Positions 26,275 to 38,515 of a DNA stretch of 64,000 nt are shown piece by piece; the first letter of the stretch is position 1; every line of letters starts with the position of its first letter. The DNA comes from Torpedo marmorata (Eukaryota): assembly GCA_977017645.1 (NCBI GenBank), contig OZ360233.1, forward strand, positions 18,042,001 to 18,106,000. The letters run 5' to 3'. The notes under the pieces are model-generated. The model searched no databases. It was not told where the DNA came from and saw nothing but the letters and a program-made list of their open reading frames with translations. A program made the translations under genes and the position numbers.

Positions 26275-27570
26275 AAGTGGTGTTGGTAAGACAGGAGCGT
26301 TACCCCTCGGCCTGTCCTTCCTAAAATCAACAAGCTCCTTGGTCTTGGTGTCATTAAGAAACAGATTGTTTATACTCCAGATGGAGCTACAACCCAATCC
26401 AATAACTGCGCTTTTCGGGGTTATTGACCCAGACATAGGGAGATTTTCTGTACCTGTTCAACGGGTTGTGGCCTTCTCTGCATTGTTGGCTCGGAGAGCC
26501 ATCCTATTCAAATGGAAAGACTCTAGATCTCCAACAGTGTTTCAAAATTCTCCTCGTATTATGTATTGTTTAAGCTTAGAAAAAATTAGATATCATGTAT
26601 TTGATTCATCGGTGAAATTTGAAGATACATGGCGACCTTTTATGTCTTATTTTCATATGATGTAAGTGTTTCTGATGTGCTTAGATGTATTTACTCTTCC
26701 TTTGCGTTTTGATTTACGGTAGGAACCAAAAATTACAAAATATATATAACCTTCAGGATAAGCTGCTCAGCTGTTTTTTGTTAGTTGTTTATTTAAAATT
26801 AGTGTAGGTTCGGTGGTTTTTTAAAAATATATAATAGTTTTGATTTATTAAAAATTGTCACCTATTGCAGTGGAGGGGGGATCGAATATATACTGTTTGA
26901 AGTTTTATTTTAATATTTATAAATATGTGATATTGTATTTTCAATTTCGTTCTAATTTCTTCATAGTATTGTATTTCTTATAAAAATAAAAATAAAAAGA
27001 TTGAGAAAGAAAGATTGTTGGTCTGGAACCACCCAACCAGGTTCGTGATTTCCATCCTGCATTCTGGCTCATCTTTTCCAGTTATTCACCCAACACTGGT
27101 GGTGTCGCCATCTAATTTGTAGATTGAGTTGTGGATGCCCATGGCATGGAGTGGGGGACAAAGCAGGCAGCCTTGGAGTGCTCCTGTGTTGATGGTCAGC
27201 GAGGAGGAGGTGATGTGGTTGATTAGCACTGTTTGGGTCTGACAAAGAGGAATTCAAAGATCCAGTCGCAGTGGGATGGACAGAGTTCTAGATCCTTCAG
27301 CTTGGTCATAGGCTTTGCAGGTATGAGGGTGTTGAACGCCGAGCTGTAGTCAATGAACAACAGCCCACGAAAGTGTTTCGGTGGTCCAGGTGATTTAATG
27401 CAGAGTGGAGAGTCAGCGATATGACGCCGTCAGTTGACCTTTTGTGGCGATAGGTGAACTGAAGTGGGACCAGGTCCTTCCAGAGATAGGAGTAAATTCG
27501 CTCCATAACCAAATTCTGAAAACACTTCATCACAGTCGGTCAACTTGCTCTTCTTGGGCAAGTCGGGGAG
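26275..27570 (-). mobile_element. Rex1/Babar-type RT fragment interrupted by an L1/Tx1 3' end (cassette 4)
   Basis: ORF 27306-27533 reads KCFQNLV..QFTYRHKRSTDG; collinear with the other copies apart from the insertion. Confidence 0.7.
26371..27009 (+). mobile_element. L1/Tx1 3'-end fragment with A-rich tail and ~10-bp TSD (AxAGATTGTT)
   Basis: ORF 26339-26665 ends ARRAILFKWK..LEKIRY..KFEDTWRPF, an L1 ORF2 C-terminus. Empty site in cassettes 2, 3 and 8. Confidence 0.8.
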
Positions 27571-27586
27571 GGAGGAGATTGGAAGC

Positions 27587-28277
27587 AAATACACACCGAA
27601 ATGCTGGAGGAACACAGCCGATCTCGCAGTGTCCATAGGAGGGACAGATATCTAACCAACGTTTCGGCCTAAGCCCTTTTTCAAGAACTAAGCAAAGCTC
27701 AGGAAGGTGTCAGAATAAAAACTGACGACTGGCAGGGGCAGGAGTCCAGAATAACAGGTGTTAATTGGATATGGATGGAGGGGAAGTGAGAATAGATTTT
27801 GGCTCTGTGAAGGGAGACAGAGGGAAAAGCGAAGAGNNNNNNNNNNNNNNNNNNNNNNNNNNNNNNNNNNNNNNNNNNNNNNNNNNNNNNNNNNNNNNNN
27901 NNNNNNNNNNNNNNNNNNNNNNNNNNNNNNNNNNNNNNNNNNNNNNNNNNNNNNNNNNNNNNNNNNNNNNNNNNNNNNNNNNNNCGATGGGAGGAAGAAC
28001 AACGGGGGATGTAGAACGAAAAATTGAGAAGTCGATGTTAATGCCACCCGGTTGGAGGTATCCCAGACGGAAGATGAGGTGTTGTTCCTCCAATTTGCGC
28101 GTGGTCACTGTCTGGCCGTGCATGAGTCCACGGACAGACATGTCAGAAAGTGAGTGGATCGGGGAATTGAAATGGGTGGCCACTGGGAGATCCACGCGAT
28201 GGCGGCGGAGAGAGCCGAGGTGCTCAACAAAGCGATCTCAGAGTCTGCGCCCAGTGTCTGCGATGTAGAGGAGACAA
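27587..28277 (-). mobile_element. Penelope-like element fragment (GIY-YIG C-terminus + 3' region with hammerhead-like motif)
   Basis: DLPVATHFNSPIHSLSDMSVRGL..RKLEEQHLIFRLGYLQPGGINIDF. Flanked by a degenerate GAGCAGATTGGAAGC duplication. Contains N run 27837-27984. Confidence 0.82.
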
Positions 28278-28513
28278 GAGCAGACTGGAAACGGAGCATG
28301 TGCGGGAAGGGCAGAGAAAGACAACCAGAGAGACTGCATTTAGACCTGCTCGTTTATATTGGTTCCAGCGCAGCGTCATCCAGAGGGAATGACCAATCCT
28401 GTGCGAGGGAAAGCCGCCAATCTCGGAGCGGCGGCTGCTGTTGACGTGAAGTTGTAAATATAGCAGGACAACATGTTAGAAAATATTCATCCTTTGACCT
28501 TCATTCTGACACC

Positions 28514-28982
28514 ATGTCCCTCAAGAGGTACCTGCTGATTGTATGGGCCATTCTGGCAGGTGAGTCTCTGTCTGATCAGTCAGTGCGTCCCGCGGATTCA
28601 GCGCAATCCCGTGCCGCTCACACACTCCGTGTTTCATTCCAGACACGAGTGGGTAGGAATCCGTGACCCAAGGACCGCCGGAAATGACGGCCGAGGAAAG
28701 GCAGACCGTGCCACTGAGCTGCAGTTACTCGACGAGTCACACCGCATATTTGTGGTACCTTCAACATCTTAGAGAACCTCCCAAATATTTGGTGAAAATG
28801 TACAGCTCGGGAGAAGTGGTTCCGTCTCACGGTTGTCCGGATTGGATGTCGGGTTCTTTGGAGAAAAAGAACCAGCGCTTTCACTTGACTATCTCTGGGG
28901 CTCTCGTGGAGGACTCCGCCACTTATTTCTGCGCATTGCGGCCCACACTGGTCCTGGGCGATGACGGATCCGCACAAAAACT
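28514..28982 (+). pseudogene. TRAV: TRAV-like family A segment with a single nonsense codon
   Basis: Leader MSLKRYLLIVWAILA, exon from 28643, TAG at 28654-28656, otherwise open to DSATYFCALRP. RSS 28944-28982 intact. Confidence 0.9.
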
Positions 28983-29379
28983 CGATTTGAGAATGAGGAA
29001 GGTGCCGTGCAGCGCCGCGATTTACCCTTGCGTGAGCAAAGGCGTTTCTCTTCCTCCCCGTTCCAAGAAAAACGGGGATCAAGGTGAACAGCGTTTTACC
29101 AGAGAGGAGCGGTGACAGGAAATAAAGGGAAAGAGAGTTAGCGAGAGACTGATAGAAATTGAGAGAGAGAGGAAGAGAGAGATTAAGTTGAGCAGTGAGA
29201 GAGAGGGAGTGAATGGAAGAGTGAGGGATGTGATGGACGAAGAGAGACGAAAACGCAAGAGATGGCGACCGAGAGCGGTACTGAGAGAGAATATGATAGA
29301 GAGTGAATGAGGGATACATTGAGCGAGGAGGATGTGGAGTGAGCGGGAGTGGGTTCAGAAAGAGAGAAAGAGAGAGAGA

Positions 29380-29398
29380 GAGACAGAGAGAGAGCGAG

Positions 29399-29430
<32 letters not shown>
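29380..29430 (+). repeat. (GA)n microsatellite
   Basis: Direct reading. Confidence 0.9.
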
Positions 29431-29433
<3 letters not shown>

Positions 29434-29656
29434 TGGAGTATACACAGAGGCGGTGAAACGCGAGAAGGACGGAGAATGGGAGACGGTCGGCGTTAACAAC
29501 CTGCTCAATGGTAGCGTCAACCTGACCCAACAAGAAATGCTGTGCGACGAAAACGACCGGTGCGTCCCCCGGGGTTGGATGCTCCTGACTTCACCCCATT
29601 TCGTATATCGGATTAACATGAGGAAATGTTCTTCTTTTGACTTACATTCGGACACC

Positions 29657-30100
29657 ATGTACCCGCTGATTTGTTTGCTGACTCTATCGGCCGTTCTGCC
29701 TGGTGAGTGTCTCTCTGGTTTATCAGCACGTGTCCGCCGGTTCAGCGATTCGTGTTTCGTTCTCGAAATGATTGGGGAAGTTTATGTAACCTATGGACCG
29801 CCGGAACGCATGACAGAGGAATTACAGACCGTGTCACTGATCTGCAGTTATTTGATGAGTACCTCCGCACAGTTTTGGTACATTCAATATCCTGGAGAAC
29901 CTCCCAGATTTTGATGAAAATGTAAAACTGCGGCGATGTGGTTACGCCTCAAGATTGCGGAAGAAGATGTCAGGTTTCTTTGAGACAAAGAGCCAGAGGG
30001 TCCACACTGACTGTCTACGGGACGCTTGAGTCGGATTCCGCCGTGTATATCTGCGTCGTGAAGCCCACTATTCCAGAGCGATGGCGGGTCCGAATAAAAC
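29657..30100 (+). pseudogene. TRAV: TRAV-like pseudogene, family B
   Basis: Leader MYPLICLLTLSAVLPG. Acceptor lost, frameshift/stop after EPPRF, degenerate RSS. Confidence 0.85.
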
Positions 30101-30984
30101 GAAATCGAAATGGGCAGTGCCACCAGGGGGCGTGCTCTTCCCCCAACACAGTCCGGACCAGTGCACAGGACGGAGTCGGCAACTGTGCCTCCGGGCGAGA
30201 GTCGTCTCTAAAATGCAGCGCAGAGGTTGAGCCTCGCGTGATCAACGACGTTTGTCTCACTCTCTGTTCCGAGGCAGAGGGGAGGAATTGAGAGAAAAGC
30301 GCGAATCTGGTGCTCCCCCTTTTGCGAGAGAGGGGGAGAGACAGGATCTGCTGGAAAGGAAGTGAGCGAAAGGGTGAAAGAAATTCAGAGAGAAAAAAGG
30401 TGAGGAGTGAGGGAGAGTGAATGATAGAGAGAGATCGTGATTGACGAAGAGAGATATCACAGGGGGGAGGCAGTGGGGAGGGAGTGGTAAGTAAGGAAGA
30501 GTGTGAAAATTAATTAATGAAGGAGACATTGAGAGTGCAAGAGCGGGAGAGGGACAGAGGGAATGTGTGACTGGGGGAGAAAGAAATTGAAGGGAGGGGA
30601 GCGATAGGCACTGCTCTCGAAAGATTAAATAAGTGTAAGACGGAGTCGCGTAGAGGTAGGAAGCTTAACAGAACGCGAGAAGGGGCGTGACGGTGCAGTA
30701 AAACGAGTAAAGGTGATGGAAAGGGCGGAACGAGAGAAAAGAAGAGAGAGACGTGGGGAGTGTAAATATAGGTGGAGAAACACGTCCGAAAAAGACGGAG
30801 AATGAGAAACGGCCAACATTAACAACCAGTTTTCATTGGTTCAACAACGGCGCTCTCTTGATCCCATGTGCGAGGAGGGCGCCCTCCTGTGTGTCCCAGA
30901 GTATGGGCTGCTACTAACGAGACCCTACTGTCTTATATCGGGGCAGAATATGGAAATATTCGGCTGTTCACCTTCATTCTAGCT

Positions 30985-31442
30985 TCCTCACCATCCAGTA
31001 GTTTGCTGATTCTATGGGCCGTTCTGCTTGGCGAGTCTCTGTCTGATTGGTCAGCGCGTGTCCCTCCCGGCTCAGCGCAATTCCTCGCATATCACACACT
31101 GCGTGTTTCATTCCAGGCACAAATGTGGAAAACTAGTGAGCCACGGACCGATGGAACGGATGGCCGCGGTAAGTGTCGCTGAGCTCTGGTTACCCGAAAA
31201 AGGCTGCCGTATGTTTTTGGTACATTCAAGTTCCCGTGGAGTCTTGGATACATTTGCTGAAAATGTACAGCGCAGGAGATGAGGTTCCGTGTCACGATTG
31301 TCCGGACAGGATGACGGGTACCTTGGAGAAAAGGGGCCGGATACGTTAATATCTCCGAAGCTCTTGAAGCGGAGGTGGCCGTTTATGTCTGCGCGGTGCG
31401 GCTCACAATGTTCCTGGGATATTGCGGAGACGCACAAAAGCT
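30985..31442 (+). pseudogene. TRAV: TRAV-like pseudogene, family C
   Basis: No ATG, frameshifts. RSS CACAATG 31404-31410, 23 bp, ACAAAAGCT. Confidence 0.85.
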
Positions 31443-31861
31443 CATTCTGAGATGGGAAGTGGTTTGACAGAAAATGGCAGAAAGAAGACGGGCGAGAGTG
31501 TTAAGGATTGCGAAAAGTTAAGCAGGTGAAAACGTGAGACAGAGTGAGGTAGAGCAATAGAACGAAAGAAGGGGAAAGAGGGTGGAGTGAGTGAAATGGA
31601 GGGAGGAGATACACAGATGGAAGGAGAAAGATGCGGCGAGTGTACAGATAGAGGGTGATATTTGCTTGAAGGAACGGGAACGAGATGCAGACTGTCTTAC
31701 CAACTCGGTCTGATTGGTTCAATAATGGCCACTCGAACCAATCCTGTGGGAGGGAAACACTCACATATCTGTCCTTGCCGTTGGTTCGCTCATAACATCG
31801 CTCCACCCCTTGTATAGCGGTAACATAAAGAAATAGTCGATTTTGATCTTAATCCCGTACC

Positions 31862-31907
31862 ATGTCCTCCCTGAGTTGTTTGCTGATTCTGTGGGCCTTT
31901 CTGACTG
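31862..31907 (+). other. Orphan TCR V leader exon
   Basis: MSSLSCLLILWAFLT(G)|GTGAG. Confidence 0.8.
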
Positions 31908-32237
31908 GTGAGTCTGTCTGATTGGTCAGCGACGTCTGTCCATCGTCCTTGCTCTACGAGTCTCACTCTTTAACTTAATTAAAGGTGGACAATTCCCCCA
32001 AGTCAAACCCTCTCCGTCACACGTTCTCCCACCGTTTACTTATTTACACACTCTCGGTTTACTGAACTTCCTCACGGTCGATCTGTCGCTCTATCTCTCT
32101 CTCCCTCCTCGCCGTTCTCGTGAAAGGGAAACGACTCCTGTCTCCAACAGAGTTTCTGCTGCTTCCGACGTGAGTTTGCGCTCTTCTATGGGCGGGCATT
32201 TGTAAAATATCCTTCCTTCGAATTTAATCCGGGCATC

Positions 32238-32663
32238 ATGTTCCTCCTTTGTCCTTCGCTGATTCTATGGGCCGTTCTGCCTGGTGAGACTTATTGATCA
32301 ACACGTGTTCCGCGGGGTCAGTGCCGTTTCGCGCCGTTCACACATTCTGTCTTTTGTTCCAGGGTCCAGTGGGAACGATTCAGTGACCCAAAAACCCCCG
32401 GAATTGATTGTCAATGAAGGGCAGATCGTATCACTGAGCTGCAGTTACTCGATGAATCCCAATGCATATTTGTGGTACATTCAACGTCCTGGAGAATCTC
32501 CCAAATATTTGCTGAAAATCTACACGTCAGGAGATGTGGTTCCGTCTCCCGATTGTCCGGAGAGGATATCGGGTTCATTGGAGAAAAAGAGCCAGACATT
32601 CCACCTCAATAACTCGAAAACCCTTGTGGAGGATTCTGCCGTGTATCTCTGCGCCGTGAAGCT
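32238..32663 (+). CDS. TRAV: Intact TCR alpha/delta variable segment, family D (exons 32238-32283, 32363-32663)
   Basis: MFLLCPSLILWAVLPG..NDSVTQKPPE..CSYSMNPNAYLWYIQ..YLCAVKL; open frame. Confidence 0.92.
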
Positions 32664-32702
32664 CACACTGTTCCAGGGCGGTGGCAAATCCGCACAAAAA
32701 CT
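32664..32702 (+). promoter_or_regulatory. 23-RSS
   Basis: CACACTG + 23 bp + ACAAAAACT. Confidence 0.93.
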
Positions 32703-32984
32703 CACCTCGAGACATTAAATCGGACCCTATGGCTAGGGGGCGCACTCGGCCACGCAATGGAAGCGAATACACGACCTTCCTGGAGAGTCTGCTGCAACGC
32801 CGAGATGCAGGAGATTTTCCCTCCTCTGAGCGTTTCTCTTTCTCTGCGTCCTCTGTGTCTCATTCCGTAATTTGAGCTGGAAGTTGGAAGTCAGGGAGAG
32901 AGAAAGAAATGGATACCTGTTTACCAGAATATTGTATGAAAATGAAGGAGTGTTTGTTAGATGGAAATGGAGAGATTAAAAAAT

Positions 32985-33240
32985 CGGTAAACCGCGCGGG
33001 TAGGTGTGACCGGTAGGTGAGCCTTCAGCCTCTCCTTCCCAAAATCAACAACAAGCTCCTTGGTCTTGGTGAAAATAAGAACAAAGGTGTTGTTCACGAA
33101 CCACCAAACCATGTTCACCATCTCCATTCTGCATTCTGACTCATCTTTTCCAGTTATTTGGCCAACACTGGTGGTGTCTTCAGCTAATGTGTCGGTTGAG
33201 TTGGGGCTGAACTTGGCTGAACAGTCAATTGGTGCACATG
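32985..33240 (-). mobile_element. Truncated, more divergent Rex1/Babar-type fragment (cassette 5)
   Basis: ORF 32957-33271 includes KTKELVVDFGK; it joins directly to family C upstream DNA. Confidence 0.6.
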
Positions 33241-33642
33241 GCAGAGATTGAAGGGAGGGAGAGATTGGCACTGCTCTCGAAAGATTACATAAGTGTAAGA
33301 CGGAGTCGCGTAGAGGTAGGAAGCTTAACAGAACGCGAGAAGGGGCGTGAGGGTGCAGGAAAACGAGTGAAGGTGATGGAAAGGGCGGAACGAGAGAAAA
33401 GAAGAGAGACGTGGGGAGTGTAAATATAGGTGGAGAAACACGTCCGAAAAAGACGGAGAAGGAGAAACGGCCAACATTAACAACCAGTTTTCATTGGTTC
33501 AACAACGTCGCTCTCTTGAGCCCATGTGCGAGGAGGGCGCCGTTCTGTGCACCCAAGAGTATGGGCTGCTACTAACGAGACCCCACTGTCTTATATCGGG
33601 GCAGAATATACAAATATTCGGCTGTTCACCTTCATTCTGGCT

Positions 33643-34100
33643 TCCTCACCATCCAGTAGTTTGCTGATTCTATGGGCCGTTCTGCTTGGCGAGTCTCTGT
33701 CTGATTGGTCAGCGCGTGTTCCTCCCGGCTCAGCGCAATTCCTCGCATATCACATACTGCGTGTTTCATTCCAGGCACAAATGTGGAAATCTAGTGACCC
33801 ACGGACCGACGGAACGGATGGCCGCGGGAAGTGTCGCTGAGCTCATGTTAGCCGAAAAAGGCTACCGTATGATTTTGGTACATTCAAATTCCAGTGGCGT
33901 CTTGGATATATTTGCTGAATATCTACAGCGCAGGAGATGAGTTTCCGTCTCACGATTGTCCGGACAGGATGAAGGGTTCCTTGGAGAAAAGGGGCCGGAT
34001 ACCTTAATATCTCCGAAGCTCTTGAAGCGGAGTTGGCCGTTTATGTCTGCGTGGTGCGGTTCGCACTGTTCGTGGGATATTGTGGAGACGCACAAAAGCT
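33643..34100 (+). pseudogene. TRAV: TRAV-like pseudogene, family C
   Basis: No ATG, frameshifts, broken heptamer CGCACTG at 34062. Confidence 0.85.
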
Positions 34101-34520
34101 CATTCTGAGATGCGAAGTAGTTTGAGAGTAAATGGCAGAAAGAAGACGGGAAAGCGTGTTAAGGATTGCGAAAAGTTAAGCAGGTGAAAACGTGAGACAG
34201 AGTGAGGTAGAGCAATAGAACGAAAGAAGGGGAAAGAGGGTGGAGTGAGTGGAAGGGAGGGAAGAGATACACTGATGGAAGGAGAAAGATGCGGGGAGTG
34301 TACAGATAAAGGGTGAATTTTGCGTGAAGGACCGGGAACGAGATGCAGACTGTCTTATCAACTCGGTCTGATTGGTTCAATAATGGCCTCTCGAACCAAT
34401 CCTGTGTGAGGGAAACACTCACATATCTGTACTGGGCGTTGGTTCGCTCATAACATCGCCCCACCCCTTGTATGGCGGTAACACAAAGAAATATTCGATT
34501 TTGACCTTAATCCGCGTACC

Positions 34521-34566
34521 ATGTCCTCCCTGAGTTGTTTGCTGATTCTGTGGGCCGTTCTGACTG
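34521..34566 (+). other. Orphan TCR V leader exon
   Basis: MSSLSCLLILWAVLT(G)|GTGAG. Confidence 0.8.
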
Positions 34567-34892
34567 GTGAGTCTGTCTGATTGGTCAGCGACGTCTGTTC
34601 ATCGTCCTTGCTCTACGAGTCTCACTCTTTAACTTAATTAAAGGTGGACAATTCACCCACGTCAAACCCTCTCCGTCGCACGTTCTCCCACCGTTTACTC
34701 ATTTACACACTCTCTGTTTACTGGACTTCCTCACGGTCGCTCTGTCGCTCTATCTCTCTCTCCCTCCGTTCTCGTGAGAGGGAAACGGCCCGTGTCTCCA
34801 GAAGAGTTTCTGCTGCTTCCGACGTGAATTTGCGCTCTTCTATCGGGCGAGCATTTGTAAAATATTCTTCCTTCGAATTTAATCCGGGCATC

Positions 34893-35318
34893 ATGTTCCT
34901 CCTTTGTCCTTCGCTGATTCTATGGGCCGTTCTGCCTGGTGAGACTGATTGATCAACACGTGTCCCGCGGGGTCAGTGCCGTTTCGCGCCGTTCACACAT
35001 TCTGTCTTTTGTTCCAGGGGCCAGTGGGAACGATTCAGTGACCCAAGAACCCCCGGAAGTGATTGTCAATGAAGGGCAGATCGTATCACTGAGCTGCAGT
35101 TACTCGATTAATCCCGATGCATATTTTTGGTACATTCAACGTCCTGGAGAATCTCCCAAATATTTGCTGAAAATCTACGCGTCAGGAGATGTGGTTCCGT
35201 CGCCCGATTGTCCGGAGAGGATATCGGGTTCATTGGAGAAAAAGAGCCAGACATTCCACCTCAATAACTCGAAAACCCTTGTGCAGGATTCTGCCGTGTA
35301 TCTCTGCGCCGTGAAGCT
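34893..35318 (+). CDS. TRAV: Intact TCR alpha/delta variable segment, family D (exons 34893-34938, 35018-35318)
   Basis: Leader + NDSVTQEPPE..CSYSINPDAYFWYIQ..YLCAVKL; open frame. Confidence 0.92.
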
Positions 35319-35357
35319 CACACTGTTCCAGGGCGGTGGCAGATACGCACATAAACT
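35319..35357 (+). promoter_or_regulatory. 23-RSS (variant nonamer)
   Basis: CACACTG + 23 bp + ACATAAACT. Confidence 0.88.
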
Positions 35358-35634
35358 CACCTCGAGACATTGAATCGGACCCTATGGCTAGGGGGCGCTC
35401 TCGGCCACGCAATGGAAGCGACTACACGACGTTCCTGGAGAGTCTTCTGAAAACTGCAACGCCGAGTTGCAGGAGATTTGTCCTCCTATGAGCCTTTTTC
35501 TTCTCTGCCTCCTCTGTGTCCGATTCCTTAGTTTGAGGTGGAAGGTGGGAAGTCAGGGAAAGAGAAAGAAATGGATAGCTGGAAAAGGGAAGTCGTGTTC
35601 TTTTGATGGAAATTGAGAGATTAAAAAAAGTGGT

Positions 35635-35816
35635 AGATGCAGGTTCAATTTTAATCTTTAAGGAAATGTTGGATAGGTATATAGACGAGATCAGTGTGGA
35701 GGGTTATGGGCCGGGTGCGGGTCAGTGGGACTAGGTGGGAGAATGTGTTCGGCATGGACTAGAGGGGCCGAACGGGCCTGTTTCTGTGCTGTAAATGTTA
35801 TATGGTTATATATGGT
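35635..35816 (+). mobile_element. Short CR1 3'-end insertion unique to cassette 6
   Basis: Typical CR1 3'UTR (..GGGCCGAACGGGCCTGTTTCTGTGCTGTA + short tandem tail); absent at the paralogous sites near 26280 and 42555. Confidence 0.75.
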
Positions 35817-37120
35817 GTGGGTAGGACAGGAGCGTGGCCCCTCGGCCTGTGTTTTCTAAAATCAACAAGCTCCTTGGTCTTGGTGTCATTCAGAAAAATT
35901 TTGTTTATTCTCCAGGTGGAGCTACAACCCAATCCAATAACTGCTCTTTTCGGGGTTATTGACCCAGACACAGGGAGTTTTTCTGTGCCTGTTCAACGGG
36001 TTGTGGCCTTCTCTACATTGTTGGCTAGAAGAGCCATCCTATTCAAATGGAAAGACTCCAGACCTCCAACAGTGTTTCAATGGTTTTCTCATATTATGTC
36101 TTGTTTAAGCTTAGAAAAAATTAGATATCATGTATTTGATTTATCGGTGAAATTTGAAGATACATGGCGACCTTTTATGTCTTATTTTCATATGATGTAA
36201 ATGTTTCTAATATGATTAGATGTACTTACTCTTCCTTTGTTTTTTGACTTATGGTAGATACCAACAATTAAAAAATATATATAACCTTCAGGATAAGCTT
36301 CTCAGCTGTTTTTGTTAGTTTTTTTTATTAGAGTAGGTTAGGAGGTTTTTTAAAATATATATACATATAATACTTTTGATTTTTTTCATTGTCACCTATT
36401 GCAGTGGAGGGGGGATCGAATTTATACTGTTTGAAGTTTTATTTTAATATTTATAAATATGTGATATTGTATTTTCAATTTGTTCCCTTTCCTTCATTGT
36501 ATTGTATTTCTTATAAAAATCAATAAAAAAGATTGAAAAAGAAAGATTGTTGTTCTGGAACCACCCAACCAGGTTCTTGATTTCCATCCTGCATTCTGGC
36601 TCATCTTTTCCAGTTATTCACCCAACACTGGTGGTGTCGCCATCTAATTTGTATATTGAGTTGGAGCTAAACTTGGCTGCACAGTCATGGATGCCCATGG
36701 CATGGAGTGGGGGACAAAGCAGGCAGCCTTGGAGCGCTCTTGTGTTGATGGTCAGCGAGGAGGAGGTGATGTGGTTGATTAGCGCTGTTTGGGTCTGCCA
36801 AAGAGGAATTCAAAGATCCAGTCGCAGTGGGATGGACAGAGTTCTAGATCCTTCAGCTTGGTCATAGGCTTTGCAGGTATGAGGGTGTTGAACGCCGTGC
36901 TGTAATCAATGAACAACAGCCCCACGAAGGTGTTTCGGTGGTCCAGGTGATTTAATGCAGAGTGGAGAGTCAGCGATATGACGCCGTCAGTTGACCTTTT
37001 GTGGCGATAGGTGAACTGAAATGGGACCAGGTCCTTCCAGAGATAGGAGTAAATTCGCTCCATAACCAACCTCTGAAAACACTTCATCACAGTCTGTCAA
37101 CTTCCTCTTCTTGGGCACGT
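35817..37120 (-). mobile_element. Rex1/Babar fragment with an embedded L1/Tx1 3' end (~35906-36541, + strand), cassette 6
   Basis: ORFs 36779-37090 (-) and 35802-36200 (+). Confidence 0.75.
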
Positions 37121-37144
37121 CGGGGAGGGAGGAGACAGGAAGCA

Positions 37145-37811
37145 AATACACCGAAATGCTGGAGGAACACAGCCGGTCTCGCAGCGTCCATAGGAGGGAC
37201 AGATAACTAACCAACGTTTCGGCCTAAGCCCTTTTTCAAGGAATAAGCAAAGCTCAGGAAGGCGTCAGAATAAAAACTGAAGACTGGCAGGGGCAGGAGT
37301 CCAGAATAACAGGTGTTAATTGGATATGGATGGAGGAGAAGTGAGAATTGATTTGGCTCTGTGAAGGGAGNNNNNNNNNNNNNNNNNNNNNNNNNNNNNN
37401 NNNNNNNNNNNNNNNNNNNNNNNNNNNNNNNNNNNNNNNNNNNNNNNNNNNNNNNNNNNNNNNNNNNNNNNNNNNNNNNNNNNNNNNNNNNNNNNNNNNN
37501 NNNNNNNNNNNNNNNNAGCGATGGGAGGAAGAACAACGGGGGATGTTTAACGAAACATTGAGAAGTTGATGTTCATGCGATACGGTTGGAGGTAGCCCAG
37601 ACGGAAGATGAGGTGTTGTTCCTCCAATTTGCGCGTGGTCACAGTCTGGCAGTGCATGAGACCACGGACAGGCATGTCAGAAAGTGAGTGGATCGGGGAA
37701 TTGAAATGGGTGGCCACTGGGAGATCCACGCGTTGGCGGCGGAGTGAGCCGAGGTGCTCAACAAAGCGATCTCAGAGTCTGCGCCCAGTGTCTGCGATGT
37801 AGAGGAGACAA
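37145..37811 (-). mobile_element. Penelope-like element fragment (cassette 6)
   Basis: ORF 37547-37729 is a GIY-YIG tail; contains N run 37371-37516. Confidence 0.82.
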
Positions 37812-38047
37812 GAGCAGACTGGAAACGAAGCATGTACGGGAAGGGCAGAGAAAGACAACCAGAGAGACTGCATTTCGACCTGCTCGTTTATATTAGTTCC
37901 AGCGCAGCGTCATCCAGAGCGAATGACCAATCCTGTGCGAGGGAAAGCCACCAATCTCGGAGCGGCGGCTGCTGTTGACGTGAAGTTATAAATATAGCAG
38001 GACAACATATGAGAAAATATTGCTCTTTTCACCTTCATTCGGACACC

Positions 38048-38515
38048 ATGTCTCTCAAGAGGTACCTACTGATTGTATGGGCCATTCTGACTGGTGATTC
38101 TCTGTCTGATCAGTCAGTGCTTCCCGTGGATTCAGCGCAATCCCGTGCCGCTCACACACTCCGTGTATCATTCCAGACACGAGTGGGGAGAAATCCTTGA
38201 CCCAAGGACCGCCGGAAATGACGGCCGAGGAAAGACAGACCGTGCCACTGAGCTGCAGTTACTCGACGAGTCACGCCAGATATTTGTGGTACCTTCAACA
38301 TCTTGGAGAACCTCCCAAATATTTGGTGAAAATGTACAGCTCGGGAGAAGTGGTTCCGTCTCACGATTGTCCGGATTGGATGTCGGGTTCTTTGGAGAAA
38401 AAGAGCCAGCGCTTTAACTTGACTATCTCTGGGGCTCTGTGGAGGACTCCGCCATGTATTTCTGCGCCGTGCGGCCCACACTGTTCCTGGGCGATGACGG
38501 ATCCGAACAAAAACT
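38048..38515 (+). pseudogene. TRAV: TRAV-like pseudogene, family A
   Basis: Intact leader and splice sites; 1-nt deletion at ISGAL (~38438). RSS 38477-38515 intact. Confidence 0.88.

Noticed and set aside
28618-29658. Long S/L/P-rich or R/E-rich ORFs (e.g. 346 aa, 223 aa)
   Set aside because: They are stop-poor translations of GA/CT low-complexity tracts and of the antisense strand of V genes.
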